Both the position numbers and the translations under genes were made by a program. From the human T2T-CHM13v2.0 reference genome, Homo sapiens, in assembly GCF_009914755.1 (NCBI RefSeq), contig NC_060932.1: a stretch of 64,000 nt of DNA; one strand, 5' to 3'. Shown here piece by piece: positions 13,640 through 25,950 of this stretch. The notes under the pieces are model-generated. The model worked only from the letters and a program-made list of their open reading frames with translations, was not told the origin of the DNA and searched no databases. Within the stretch, counting starts at the first letter, position 1. The number at the start of each line of letters is the position of its first letter.

Positions 13640-14780
13640 ATGCTGACTGGACTTAGCAAACAAGAAGTGTGAATAGCAAGAAACAACAGGTGCTGGAAAG
13701 GATGTGGAGAAACAGGAACACTTTTACACTGTTGGTGGGACTGTAAACTAGTTCAACCATTGTGGAAGTCAGTGTGGCGATTCCTCAGGGATCTAGAACT
13801 AGAAATACCATTTGACTCAGTCATCCCATTACTGGGTATATACCCAAAGGATTATAAATCATGCTGCTATAAAGACACATGCACACGTATGTTTATTGCG
13901 GCATTATTCACAATAGCAAAGACTTGGAACCAACCCAAATGTCCAACAATGATAGACTGGATTAAGAAAATGTGGCACATATACACCATGGAATACTATG
14001 CAGCCATAAAAAATGATGAGGTCATGTCCTTTGTAGGGACATGGATGAAATTGGAAATCATCATTCTCAGTAAACTATCGCAAGAACAAAAAACCAAACA
14101 CCGCATATTCTCACTCATAGGTGGGAATTGAACAATGAGATCACATGGACACAGGAAGGGGAATATCACACTCTGGGGACTGTTGTGGGGTGGGGGGAGG
14201 GGGGAGGGATAGCATCGGGAGATATACCTAATGCTAGATGACGAGTTAGTGGGTGCAGCGCACCAGCATGGCACATGTATACATATGTAACTAACCTGCA
14301 CAATGTGCACATGCACCCTAAAACTTAAAGTATAATTAAAAAAAAACAAAGAAAGAGAAAAAAAAGAAAGCAACTACTCTATAATCATTGGTAAATCACT
14401 TGTGTGTCAATGGGTAGGTGAGAAATAAGTCCAACTAAAATTCAGGGACCATACATCTCAATAAAACTTCTGGGGGTACAGTGATGTGGAGTATGTCAAG
14501 GTATTCTGTCTAAGATGAAAAATAAGTTGTTTATCTGGTATATTCTACAACTTAAAAGAGGTGCAATGCCTAGGAAGCCTATCTGGATTTAGAAGACAAC
14601 GTACTCCTCATTTTGGTGCGTTGCTATGCGCTAATGCATTGCTATGCATTGCTATGCACTATGGCATGCATAGCAATACTCCATTATCAAATTCAGAGCA
14701 GACTCTTAAGCACAAGTAGGTTACATGAAAAAGAAGCCCAAATGCCTATTGTCCCCACTCCTGTAGACTACATTTTTCCA
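13640..14780 (+). repeat. Local duplication of two pol segments (~11030-11320 and ~11705-11820), split by L1PA2
   Basis: Exact shared blocks such as 'ggtaggtgagaaataagtccaactaaaattcagggaccatacatctcaataaaacttct' and 'aagcacaagtaggttacatgaaaaagaagcccaaatg'. Confidence 0.95.
13680..14365 (+). mobile_element. Young 5'-truncated L1 (L1PA2-like): ORF2p C-terminus plus 3'UTR
   Basis: ORF 13760-14131 is the ORF2p C-terminus (...HRIFSLIGGN). 'gatgacgagttag' shows GAG, not the L1HS ACA/ACG. TSD gaatagcaa/gaaagcaa. Confidence 0.93.
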
Positions 14781-14781
14781 T

Positions 14782-14856
14782 GTATATATATATACACACA
14801 CACATATATATACATACAAATGTGTGTATATATACATTCATGTGTGTGTGTGTGTG

Positions 14857-14912
<56 letters not shown>

Positions 14913-14913
14913 T
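14782..14913. repeat. Compound (TA)n/(TG)n/(CA)n microsatellite
   Basis: Directly visible. Confidence 0.95.
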
Positions 14914-14915
14914 AC

Positions 14916-16975
14916 CAGTTAGTCAGTTCAGGGTGCAATAACAAAATAACAAAGTCTGGGTGGCTTAAACAATAGAAATTTGTATTCTCACAGTTGTGGA
15001 GGCTGGAAGTCAGAAATCAAGGTGTCAGAATGGTCTGGTCTCCTCTTCCTGGCTTAAACAATGCAACCTTCTCATTGTGTGCTCATGTGGCATGGAGAGA
15101 CAATGGGTGAGCTCTCCTGTGTCTCTTCTTATAAGAACAGTAGTCCTATCATATCAAAGAACCACCCTCATTGACCTCATTTAACAAGTATCTCCTTTTT
15201 GGCTGTATCTCTCAATGCATTCATGTTAGAGGTTAAAAACTGAGGATATAAATTTTGGGGGAAACACTATTAAACCAACAGCATTCCACCCCTGCTCCCC
15301 ACAAAATGTATGCCCTTCTTGGGTGCACAACACATTTATTTCATCCCAACAGCCCCCCAAGTCTTAACTCATTTCAGCATCAGCTCTAAAGTCTCAAGTT
15401 CAAAGTCTCACATAAATGTCATCTAAATCAGATCTGAGTGAGAGTTAAGGTATAATTTACCCTCAGATAAAATTCTCTAGAAACTGTTAAACTAGATAAA
15501 TTGTGTACTTCCAAATATAAGAGTGGAGAGTCATATGATGGGTATTCCCACCACAAAAGAGGGGGAAAAAAAGAAAGAAGAAAGGAATGAAAGATCCCAA
15601 ACAAGTCCAAAACCTAGGAAGATGAATTCCATTAGATCTTAAGGTTAAAACATAATCCTCTTTGTCTCAATATCCCACCTTCCAGGCCCACTGTTATGGC
15701 AGCCTCACTCTCAATGTTCTATGGAGTGGTCCATCCATCCAGCCCTTCTGAGCACCTCCTCCACAGCTCTCTGCAAGAGTTCCTCCCCTGAAGCACTCTG
15801 TGGGGACTCATCCAGGTGGCACTCTGCAGGTGGCCCTGCCCCTAAGGTGCTGGGTGGGGTCATCTTGGCCTACTGAATCAAGATAGATGACCAACCACTT
15901 GAAACCGAGGAGGAAACAGCCTTGCTCCCTGGGCCCATGTTGGAAGTGACAGCCTTGATGCTCTCTGAATTGCCTCTGAAATAATTCATCCATCTCCTTG
16001 AGGAACAGTGCCCATTCAGAGCCAATAGCTCTATATTTCAGTCCTGTAGCATCCAAAATGTCCAGCAGTCTTTCTTCTTTCCATCCCACTTTTTCTATTT
16101 CCTTTAATTCAAACTGTAGCATCTTTGCTGGTGTATTCTCTTCTCTATTCCTGGCCTCCATTGAGATGGCAGATTAATTTCATGAGTTGCACTCATGATC
16201 TGTTTATCAATTAGTTGTTTCACCACCTTCTTGATGTTGTCTTGAGAACAAGCTTTCACAGTTTTGGCAATACATATAGGCTGATAATTTTCCGAATCTT
16301 TGAGATCAGATTATTTTCTGTTAACAATTCCTTCTTCACATCATCTTTCTCCTTTCACATTTACCCTAAGTAGTCAGGAGAAACCAAGCTGTTTCTTCAA
16401 CACTTTGATTAAAAATCTCCTCAGATCAATATCTAATATCATCACTTGTAAATTCTACCTTGAACCAAATCTAAAGCAGAGTTCAACTAAGTTGGTTGCC
16501 ATTTTGTAATAAGAATGATCATTCTTTCAATTTCCAAAAATTTCATTTCTATCTGAGATATTATCAAAATTGCCTATAATGTTTATATTTCTAATATGCA
16601 CTTTAAAACTCTTCCAGTCTCTACATATTACCTAATTACAAAGTCACTTCCACAGGTTTAGGTATTTGTTCAAAAGCACTCAAGTTCTGCGATACTAAAA
16701 TGTGTATGAGGTAGTACAGAGTGGAAGTTTGAGATGAGAGTGTCAGCATGATCCAGCCATAGTGAGGCTCTCTTACTGGCTTGTGGATAGCATCCTCATA
16801 GAGAGTACAGTCTCTTCTCAAAAAGACACAAATTCTATTGTATCAGGGCCTCGCTCTTATGACCTCATTGAACATTACCCCTATTTAATCTAGGTCCTAT
16901 TTCCAAATATAGTCACATTATGTGTTAGTGCTTCAACATATAAATTTGAGGGGAGACAAAATTAAGTCAATAGCA
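14916..16975 (-). mobile_element. MLT1A-type MaLR provirus (LTR-internal-LTR) inside ERV-L
   Basis: LTRs at ~14916-15283 and ~16703-16975 (the latter internally deleted), internal region between them, TSD CATAC at 14911-14915 and 16976-16980. Confidence 0.85.
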
Positions 16976-17281
16976 CATACAGAAAAATATCCTTGCTTTC
17001 TTCTCTCATCATGTAACATATGATGTATTGACTATATTTCAGTATTTGAACACTGTTAATTTTACATCATTGCATTGACATTATGGGATATCAAGGAAAA
17101 GAGCAGACATCACTCAAGGGCTTTACCTCCTTTTCTGGGGAAGGGATTAGTGCAGATTCTGTTGTATGCAGAATAGCTGCATCACGTTAGATGAAATTAG
17201 GACCTTGTTATTGTCTTAATTTGAAGATTAAGTATGGTGTAAGGAGATACATATGGGTGCCAAGGTGACAAGGGGTAAACT

Positions 17282-17680
17282 TGTGATGGTTAATTTTATG
17301 TGTCAACTTGACTGGGCCATGGAGTACCCAGATATTTGGTCAAACATTATTCTGGGTGTTTCTGTGAGGGTGTTTTAGGATTAAACATTTAAAACAATAA
17401 ATTAAATAAAGCAGATTGGCCTTTCTAATGTAGGTAGGCCTCATCCAATCAAAAGAAGGTCTAGATGAAACAAAAATGTTGACCTTTCATCAAATTAGAA
17501 GGAATTTCTCATGCTCAATTGCCTTCTAGCTGTGACATTATTTTTTTTTTCCAGACTTCTACTGGAGCTATGCCATTAGCTTTTCAAGGTCTCCAGCTTA
17601 CCAACTGCAGACCCTAAAACTGATCAGTCCCCATAATCATGTGAATTAACTGCTTATAATAAAACTGTACTTCTTTCTCA
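17282..17680 (+). mobile_element. MLT2 3' LTR of ERV-L provirus, 3' terminus lost at a (TA)n tract
   Basis: 'tgtgatggttaattttatgtgtcaacttgactgggcca' follows the PPT; homologous to 2578-3010. Confidence 0.9.
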
Positions 17681-17681
17681 A

Positions 17682-17737
17682 ATATATGTGTATATGCATA
17701 TATATGTGTATATATATGTGTGTGTGTATATATATAC

Positions 17738-17783
<46 letters not shown>
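17682..17783. repeat. (TA)n/(TG)n microsatellite
   Basis: Directly visible. Confidence 0.95.
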
Positions 17784-17784
<1 letters not shown>

Positions 17785-18362
17785 ATCTTTCATGCTCTGC
17801 TCCAGAAATTAATCATGATTAGGGCACTGATGTATGTATAATCATCAAAGACATTGAAACTACAAATGAAGGAACTCTTTGGATTGCCACTGTGCCTCAC
17901 CATCTAAACACATTGATTGGCTGCCCTCAGGACTCAGAAACTGGGTTTATATCTGTCCCAACTATGAACTTTTGTTTTTCTTTTTATTTCCATCGAAACA
18001 TCCCTCATTAAATTTTTGATTACTTCCATTATCCAGCAAAGACCCTCTACTTTTAGGACTGAGAGACTGGTTCAACAGAATATGAAGGAATGTAATTAGA
18101 TTTGCCCTTTTCTGCTTATTCATCTTGTTCTCATGCATATTCTTCTTTCTCTTTGCAGATTTTTTACCTCTCAACTTCTAATCATATCTTCTCCTCATAA
18201 TAATTATCCTATGTTCTTATTTTTGAAGCTTCTTGGGAACTTTCAAAGGGCAGGGAATGAAGAGAATAAGAACCCACTAAAGTAGTATTAATATTACTGT
18301 AAACTGAAAACATAAATAATCAACAGCTACAGAAAGAAACAATATCTAAACCTAAGCAGAGC

Positions 18363-19178
18363 TGTTACAACCCATTAGGATGTTTTTACTTGCTTCACAG
18401 AAAAAAACAATACACTGAGAGAGCAGTTGTTGCAACAGAGAAAGATTTTAATCATTGCAGGATGGCTGAGCAAGGAGAGTAGGAGATACTTCTCAAATCC
18501 ACCTCCCTAAGAATTTGCAGGCTGGGGTTTTTCAAGGATAGTTTAGTAGGCAGGAGGCTGAGGAATGGGGAATGCTTATTGATTGGGTCAGGGATTAAAT
18601 TATAGGGGTGTTGAAATTGTCTTTACGTGCTGAATCAGTTCATGATGGGGGTCACAGGACCAGTTGAGTCAGTTTTTGGTATGAGTCACTGGTTCAGGTG
18701 TGCCCGTTGGTCCACTAGAATGCAAGATCTGAAAAATATCCCAAACACAAGTCTTAGGTTTCACAATCATGATGTTATCTACAGGGGCAATAGAGGAAGT
18801 TACAAATCTTGTGACCACTGGCTATGTAACTCCTGAGTAGTAAGCAATTAGAAAAAGACAAGTTAGAAAACAATGACTAGTTGTTATTTAATTATTCCTA
18901 TTAGCAGATTTTAGGCCCCAACCGTAATTCTTATCTTGCGGTTTTTCATTAATCTTACAAAGGCAGTTTCAGTCCCCAAATAAGGAGGGCCTTAATTTTG
19001 GTAGGGGACTATTATCATCCTTGCTTTAAAGTTAACTTATAAACTGAATTCCTTCCATAGTTAGCTTGGCCTATGCCCAGAAATGAGCAAGACTAGTTAT
19101 CTTGTGAGGTTAGAAGCAACATGGGGTCAGTTATGTGAGATTTATCTCACTGCTATAATTTTTGCAAAGGCAGTTTCA
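18363..19178 (-). mobile_element. LTR8A/8B-like ERV1 solo LTR
   Basis: Reverse complement starts 'tgaaactgcctttgcaaaaattatagc'; TSD GAGC on both sides. Confidence 0.85.
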
Positions 19179-19182
19179 GAGC

Positions 19183-19542
19183 CCCCCAAAAATAAATTTT
19201 CCATTGACAGCTCCTGGCCCCTGCCCCCAAGGGAGTTTCCTATTTAGGAGAGGACTGCTAGAAAGTACAACTTCAGCTGTCATTAACCTAAAAAATCAAA
19301 TAGAATCTTTCTTTCTTTTTTTTTAATTGAAACTCTAAACCTGCTCTACCTCCTCCACATGCATCACCCACACATCTTTACTTCTGACTATTTAGTGTAT
19401 TACTCATTACTGAATACTCCCATGTGCACATGTAAATAAAACTTGCCTTTCCTCCTGTTAATCTTTTCTATCATCAGTTAATTTACAGGCTCTAGATCAG
19501 TTGGCCCTAAGTTGGTAGAGGAATAGTCTTCTTCCAAAAACA
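19183..19542 (+). mobile_element. MER34-group LTR 3' fragment
   Basis: 3' motif 'aataaa...tttcctcctgttaatct...cctaag...gtagagga'. Confidence 0.55.
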
Positions 19543-20435
19543 CATAGTTTAGGGTCAAGGTGGAGCAGTTACAGTAAACTGGGGGAGATTTTCATAGTTC
19601 AGAGTCTATGCAAGTCACACTAAACTTATGTCAGACACACAATTTTTTCAACCTTGTTAAGTAAAATCTTGTATTTTTAACTGCTCTTCAAAATCACTAC
19701 CTTTTATGTAAAAACTTTTTGTTGGGATATTTAATCTGGTGCCTTTGTATCTTTTGGTCTCACTCAGTTTATCCTTTGGCCTTGTCTCTGTACTCTCTCA
19801 CAACTGAAAGCAATTCATTCAGAAGGGTGAGTTTAAGCTCCAAGCTAGCATAAGGTGGGCTTTATTCATATTTGAGTTGACAGTCTTAAGGAAATCCTCA
19901 GGCTTCTTCATTCCTGGTCTTCTCACAGCACTTAGTATTTGCATCATATATTTTTATCCTTGATTCTGTTCTTTTATTTATTTTTCTTTATTTGTTTAAG
20001 TAGTCCAATTTTATTTTAACTTTGGTGTTCCTTCAAAACATCAATCTCCATGAAATCATCATGCTGCTTCTTCCCCTCTGCCCCCTCTCCCTCTCTGCCT
20101 CCTCTCCCCTTTCTCAATCCTCCCCTGCTTCTCAAAATAGCTAAAATGTATTCCTGTTAACCATGCAGGCAAACTCATAATACTTCCTAAAGGGAGGTGT
20201 TATTATTCTGATATTTATTATATATTAAGAGGCTTAGTCTCAAAATGTAAGTAAATTGCATATAGTTATAGATAGTTAATCATGGAGTAAACTATGTGAA
20301 CCCAAGCTGACGTAATGCAAATTTTATTCTCTTTGTAGCAAGCCACTATTTTGACTCATATTTACTGAGGGATTAAAAATGGACAAAAATCAAATTTCAA
20401 ACAAATTAGGGCTTTTAATAGTAAAGAGCTGACTC

Positions 20436-21611
20436 TTGTTAAAATTTTTTTCAATTACATTTGTTAAAACATGGTAAAGCAAACTTTATTTAGAAATATC
20501 AGGTCTTTCAGTGGGGAGAGAAATCAGGATCAACTGTGAATACAGCATGGGCAAGTTGGAATTTATAGCCAAGGTGCAGTGTGGATGTCAGTAGATGGAA
20601 ACTTACTAAAAGAATACATCAGGGGGAGGGGGAATTCTGGATAAACTTAGCTAAATGGATTCTTGCTGAAGACAGGCCAGGGTGGATAGACATCACCTGG
20701 GAAAGGGTGGAGAATGAGTAAAATCGCCTTTGCAAATTTATAACTGAGGAAATTATGTCAGTGAAAGAGATGAGACCTAACCGACCCCTTCTTCCTTCTA
20801 ACCTCTAAATTGTCTTTGTTCATTCCCAGGTGCAGGCTGAAGTAGCCTTGGGAAGAAAATTAGTTTATAGTTTAAATTCTGAAACAAAATGGATGATAGC
20901 CCTTTCCCGAAAAACCCCTTCTTTCCTGGGGACCAGCCTGCCTTGTAGGACTAACAAATTAGCTGCAAGATTAGATATCACTGTTTACGGGCCATGCAGC
21001 CTCGGCTGCAAGAGTCTGAACCTCCCCAAATTGCTCCTGGGAATAACATCACTATTGTAAAACCTAAGATCAGTGTTTGAGATATTTTGCAGATCTTGCA
21101 TTCTGATGCAGCAGATGACAACACCCAGAACCAGCTCAACCAGTCCTGCGATCCCACCCAGGAAAAGAAGTTAGGAAGAACTCACTTGACTCCCTGTGAT
21201 TTCATTTTCTACGTGACCAATCAGCACACCCTACTTTCTGGGCCCATACTCGCCAAATTATCCTTAAAATCTCTGATCCTTGAATGCTCGGAGAGACTGA
21301 TTTGAGTAATAATAAACCTGCAGTCTGCCACACAGCCAGCGCTGCATGAATTACTCTCTCTCCATTGCAATTCCCCTGTCTTAATAAATTGGCTCTGTCT
21401 AGGCAGCGGGCAAGGTGAACTCATTGGGTGGTTACATGAAGAACCCGATAATATATTTAGGGTGATCAGATATCCAGGGTAAGGAGTTCTTGCTAAACTG
21501 AATTAGCAGGCTTCTTTGCTAGAACTGGATTTTATAAGAAAGTGCACAGATTGGCCTAGAAGAAGATTCAAAAGCATGACTAAAATTTGGCCAAGCAAAG
21601 AATCTTTGTCT
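20436..21611 (-). mobile_element. MER31/MER67-group LTR interrupted by LTR8
   Basis: Reverse complement starts 'gacaaagattctttgcttggccaaattttagtca...aaaatccagttctagcaaag'. Confidence 0.7.
20719..21436 (+). mobile_element. LTR8 solo LTR
   Basis: 'taaaatcgcctttgcaaatttataactgag...gggcaaggtgaactcattgggtggttaca'; near-TSD tgag/tgaa. Confidence 0.88.
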
Positions 21612-22248
21612 GTATACCCTTATATTTTAAGTCACACAAAAATCTCAGTTATAAACATTCTCATTTTAGAAAATAAGAAGGATATGTTAAATTTAAAGTT
21701 TGTTTCTATGATCATGTAGGGGGAAAATTGACGCTTAATTTTTCAGAGCACACCCTAACAGTTTATCTGATTTTGATTCTGATTCTGCAGGGGTTCTATG
21801 CCTTTCATTGCCTTGGAGCTATTTTCCAACTCTGGTAATTGTAGAGAATTGAAGAAAATGCAAAAGAGGCTTATCTATTGACATGCAAATACATTCAGTC
21901 TGGTTGAATTTTCTTGAATGTCCTCCCCCACCCCCAGAAAAGCAAGTTTTGTATTCATTTGCAAATTTATTTTAGTATTTCTGATCTATAAATATGTCTC
22001 TTCTTAGGTTTCTCCTTTTAGCTAAATTTTACATATTATAGATTCCTTCATTAATGAGCTGTATAAAATCTCAAACAGCTATTTATTTTACATCTATTCA
22101 AGAATTATTATCTTACCCCTTTTAAAAGTTACTTTGTAACAATAAGTTTATAGAGTGGTAATCATACTGTAAATGCTTGTACAATGATAAAAGTAGAAGC
22201 AGTCTGAAAAGATAATTAATTTACTATTTAATTGATTTATTTAGATTA

Positions 22249-22355
22249 ATAAACTGAGACATACTAAAATTGAGTTGCCCGTATTTCCATAGCCAGTTAA
22301 TACCATAGCTGGGGCTAAATGAAGATCTCCGGACACCAAGTCCAGTGTTTTTCCT
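22249..22355 (-). mobile_element. MIR fragment
   Basis: Degenerate MIR core 'aaactgag...ttgccc...tagc...ccaagtccagtg'. Confidence 0.5.
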
Positions 22356-23212
22356 TCAATTGTAACAAACTGTTTTATTATGAAATAATTCCTTTAGTAG
22401 ATCTGTTTTGAGGAAAAAATTAAAAAGTAAAGATAAACTGTCAATTCCTGAACTAAATAAGTACATTAATATAAAGTAGAAAATATTCTATTTTTAATTA
22501 GTTGTTTCTGTTTCTTTCAATTAATTTTCAGGAATATTTCCTGGAAAGAAGCAAGAGTTACAAAGTGATTTGCATCATTGATTATAGTTTTATAAAGAAT
22601 ATGATTACATATAAGAAGATATACTTTATTAATTCTATCAAAAAACTTGGTATTTTAAAAGAGGAGAAAGCCTAACAAAAAGACAGGATAGTACTTTAGT
22701 ATTACTTGAAGCATCTGTTTATAATTTGCATAAATCATAGTGATGAATAATTTGGGCTAGGCAGGAAACTTAATCTGAGTTCATCCTGTTTCCTCTAGGT
22801 ACTGTGTAATCTAAATTAGTTAGTTATGTAGAGAAAAAAGGCTTTCAGTGGAAAACTATCCATTATGTACAGCACGCCCTTGAGGGGTATCAGATTCTAG
22901 CCCTATTCATAATCTTTGAGTGATGTAACAAAGCTTTGCAAATTGCAGGAGTAACTGATAGACATGCAAATTCTGTCCACTTTGAGAAGTATTTTAATTG
23001 ACTTCCTTCATTGGAGGAAACCAGTTTTGTCCCATTTGCAATTTGTTTCATCATTTTTTTATTCCTATACATTTTTTTACTTTTCCTTTGGACAGGCTAT
23101 AACATCTACTCAATTCTCTCATATCATATGAAGAAATAAGTTATTTAACATGTGATCATTTTCGTATCTCTGAGTTATGATTTTACCTTTTCCTAAAAAT
23201 TACTTTTGACCC

Positions 23213-23303
23213 TTACTAACTCTAAGTCTCTATAAGTTTTGTAAACTATTAAATTACAGTTACTAACTTTAAGTCTCTATAAGTTTTGTAAACTATTAAA
23301 TTA
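23213..23303. repeat. Tandem duplication, 44-bp unit x2 with 3-bp spacer
   Basis: 'ttactaactYtaagtctctataagttttgtaaactattaaatta' twice, one mismatch. Confidence 0.95.
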
Positions 23304-24086
23304 GAAAAAGAATGTCTCTGACATATAATGTATGTTCTGGGCATATGTTTATATAATGTTAAATGTTTCCCTCTCTTACAACAAACTGGATATGCCTAAT
23401 TTTTACCTGCTAATATTAATCATGAAATGGCATTAATAAATGAGCACTAGATGACATGATTTTTAATTTAATTTAACCACATTCTCTCATAGCTCATACA
23501 TTTATCAAATTTGATTTTATATGTCATCCCTTTCTACTAGCTTTGAGCTATGGGTTGTAAATTATTGGAGGATGCTCTCTCATTGATTATTGGAGTAGGT
23601 GATAAAATATAATGCCAGTAAAATCCACATTCTTTTAAGAAACACAAATTCTGAGAAAGAAGCTTTATATAGTTATGTCTCAAGCTGCAGGCTATGGACC
23701 TCTGGGCATCATAGGCTAATAGTTCCAGGCATTAAACCAATTCCAAGGCATTGATCAGCTCTAGGAAGTAAAAGTTGTTTTTAAATCACCTTAGTGATGT
23801 CAGGGCTCAGAACACCCTACCCCAAGGCGTGGTGCCTTGGTATACAGAGTTCTCTGAATTGAAAGAAATTGGAAGGGCCTGAGAAGCAAGTGTCTTCCTA
23901 AACTTCTCCCGCCCTCCTTTCTCCCACTCCTCTTTCTGTTCCAAGAAGGCTGTAGAAACTAGAATTATTCTCCTCCACAGCAAGCCATAAGACCAAAAAT
24001 AGCCTCTGGTCTCCTCCTAAAACTGTCCCCACAGGGTTGACAAGAATTGCATTCCAGGTCCAGACAGAAATATGGTGGTAAGTATG

Positions 24087-24473
24087 TGATATAGTTTGGA
24101 TATTTTCCCTCATCCAAATTTCATATTGAAATGCAATCTCCAATACTGGAGGTAGGGCCTGGTGGGAGAGGTTTGGGTCATGGGGGCAGATCCCTTATGG
24201 CTTGGTTCTGTTCTTGCAGTAGGAAGTTCTCATGAGATCTGGTTAAGCATGTGGCACCTCCCTACCCACTCTCTTTTGCTCTTGCTTCTGCCATGTGAGA
24301 CTCTTGCTCCCACTTCACCTTCTGTCACTGTTGCAAGCTTCCTGAGGCCTCCTCAGAAGCAGAGGTGGTGCCATGCTTCCTGTACAGCCAATTAAACAAA
24401 TTAAATCTCTCTTCTTATAAAATACCTTATCTCAAGGTATTTCTTTATAGCAATGCAAGAGAGGCCTAATACA
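24087..24473 (+). mobile_element. MST (MSTA/B-like) solo LTR
   Basis: 'tgatatagtttgga...ttctttatagcaatgcaagagaggcctaataca'; near-TSD gtatg/ggatg. Confidence 0.88.
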
Positions 24474-24887
24474 GGATGCACTAATCAGGCCGCAGGTGGG
24501 CCACTTCCTTGCTGCTAAAAGTCACACAGCCTTAGAGGATCACCGTGCCAGTCTCCATTGTTCCTATAGACAGGATCTTTGACATTAGAATCACAGGCTT
24601 TTGAAGAAGGATCACTGATGTTTTTTATTGCTGGTTTCAAATTCCAGCAACCAGTTTGAAGACCCCCACAGGATCAGCAGGAGAATACAGTTTCTTCATC
24701 TCTTTGTACCATGACTTCAGTGTGTACTCTTCAGCCAATTAATGATCTTCACATTTTAACCCATTCCAAAACTCTTAAAAACCCTAGCTCCAAATTCTTC
24801 AGAGAGATGGATTTGAAGTTTCCTTCCATCTCCTCATACAGTGACCTTATGGTTAAACCTCTCTCTGCTGTAAGCCGGTGTGCTTGC

Positions 24888-25349
24888 TGTCAGGCCTCTG
24901 AGCGCAAGCCAAGCCATCGCATCCCCTGTGACTTGCACGTATGCATCCAGATGGCCTGAAGTAACTGAAGATCCACAAAACAAGTAAAAATAACCTTAAC
25001 TGATGACATTCCACCATTTTGATTTGTTTCTGCCCCACCCTCACTGAACAATGTACTTTGTAATCTCTGCCACCTTTAAGAAGTTTCTTTATAAATTCCC
25101 CCACCCTTAAGAAAGTTCTTTGTAATTCTCCCCACCCTTGAGAATATACTTTGTGAGATCCACCCCTGCCTGTAAAACATTGCTCTTAACTTCACCACCT
25201 ATCCCAAAACCTATAAGAACTAATGATAATCCACCACACTTTGCTGACTCTCTTTTTGGACTCAGCCCGCCTGCACCCAGGTGAAATAAACAGCCATGTT
25301 GCTCACACAAAGCCTGTTTGGTGGTCTTTTCACATGGACGCACATGAAA
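24888..25349 (+). mobile_element. HERV-H solo LTR7 (LTR7B-like, type II repeats)
   Basis: 'tgtcaggcctctgagc...ggactcagcccgcctgcacccaggtgaaataaacagcc...catgaaa'; perfect TSD CTTGC. Confidence 0.95.
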
Positions 25350-25950
25350 CTTGCTGTGTTCATTGGGAAATGAACATATCATGGTTATACTCCCTTTCCC
25401 CACCAAGGTTCTCATGTGTCAGGTATCCTGCCCCCCACACCTGGGGGAGGCCTGTCATATGAGGACACAGAAAAGCATCTGAGCAGGCCTGGCTAGATCC
25501 CCCTTCCCCCAATTTATTACCATTAGATCATACTTTTTTGTCCAATTATGCTTCTCCACAACTATCCCCTTCTTTAATCAGAGTTAACACAATATAGTTT
25601 TCCCTGGTTCCATGGGTCTTCATCTCTGAAGGCTGCTATGTCACATAAAACTTTGATAAAACATCTGTTATGCTTTACTCTTGTCAATCTGTCTTTTGGT
25701 TATAGATATGGCAGCCAGGACCCTTGTGACTGTTGAAAAGATATTATATTTTCTCCCCTACAGCAAGTTTTTCTTTATCAACACTGGCTTAATCAATTGC
25801 AGAAAGCAACAATAAAAATTAACAGTGGCAACAACAATAAAATCACTTGCAATATCCCTTCTTGACTATGGAAAAATAGAATGTTTTATACATTCTTTTC
25901 TACTCTTGGTTCACATTCTTTTCAAAATGTGAATCACACTAACCCCATTG

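Larger units (their letters stand above)
24018..25389 (+). mobile_element. ERV1 LTR (MER72-like, tentative) inside the MER39-like LTR
   Basis: Starts 'taaaactgtccccacagggttgacaagaattgca'; TSD CTCC at 24014-24017 and 25390-25393. Confidence 0.65.
23798..25762 (+). mobile_element. MER39-like ERV1 LTR hosting nested LTRs
   Basis: Starts 'tgtcagggctcagaacac', ends 'ttttctcccctaca'; split at 24018-25389. Confidence 0.7.
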
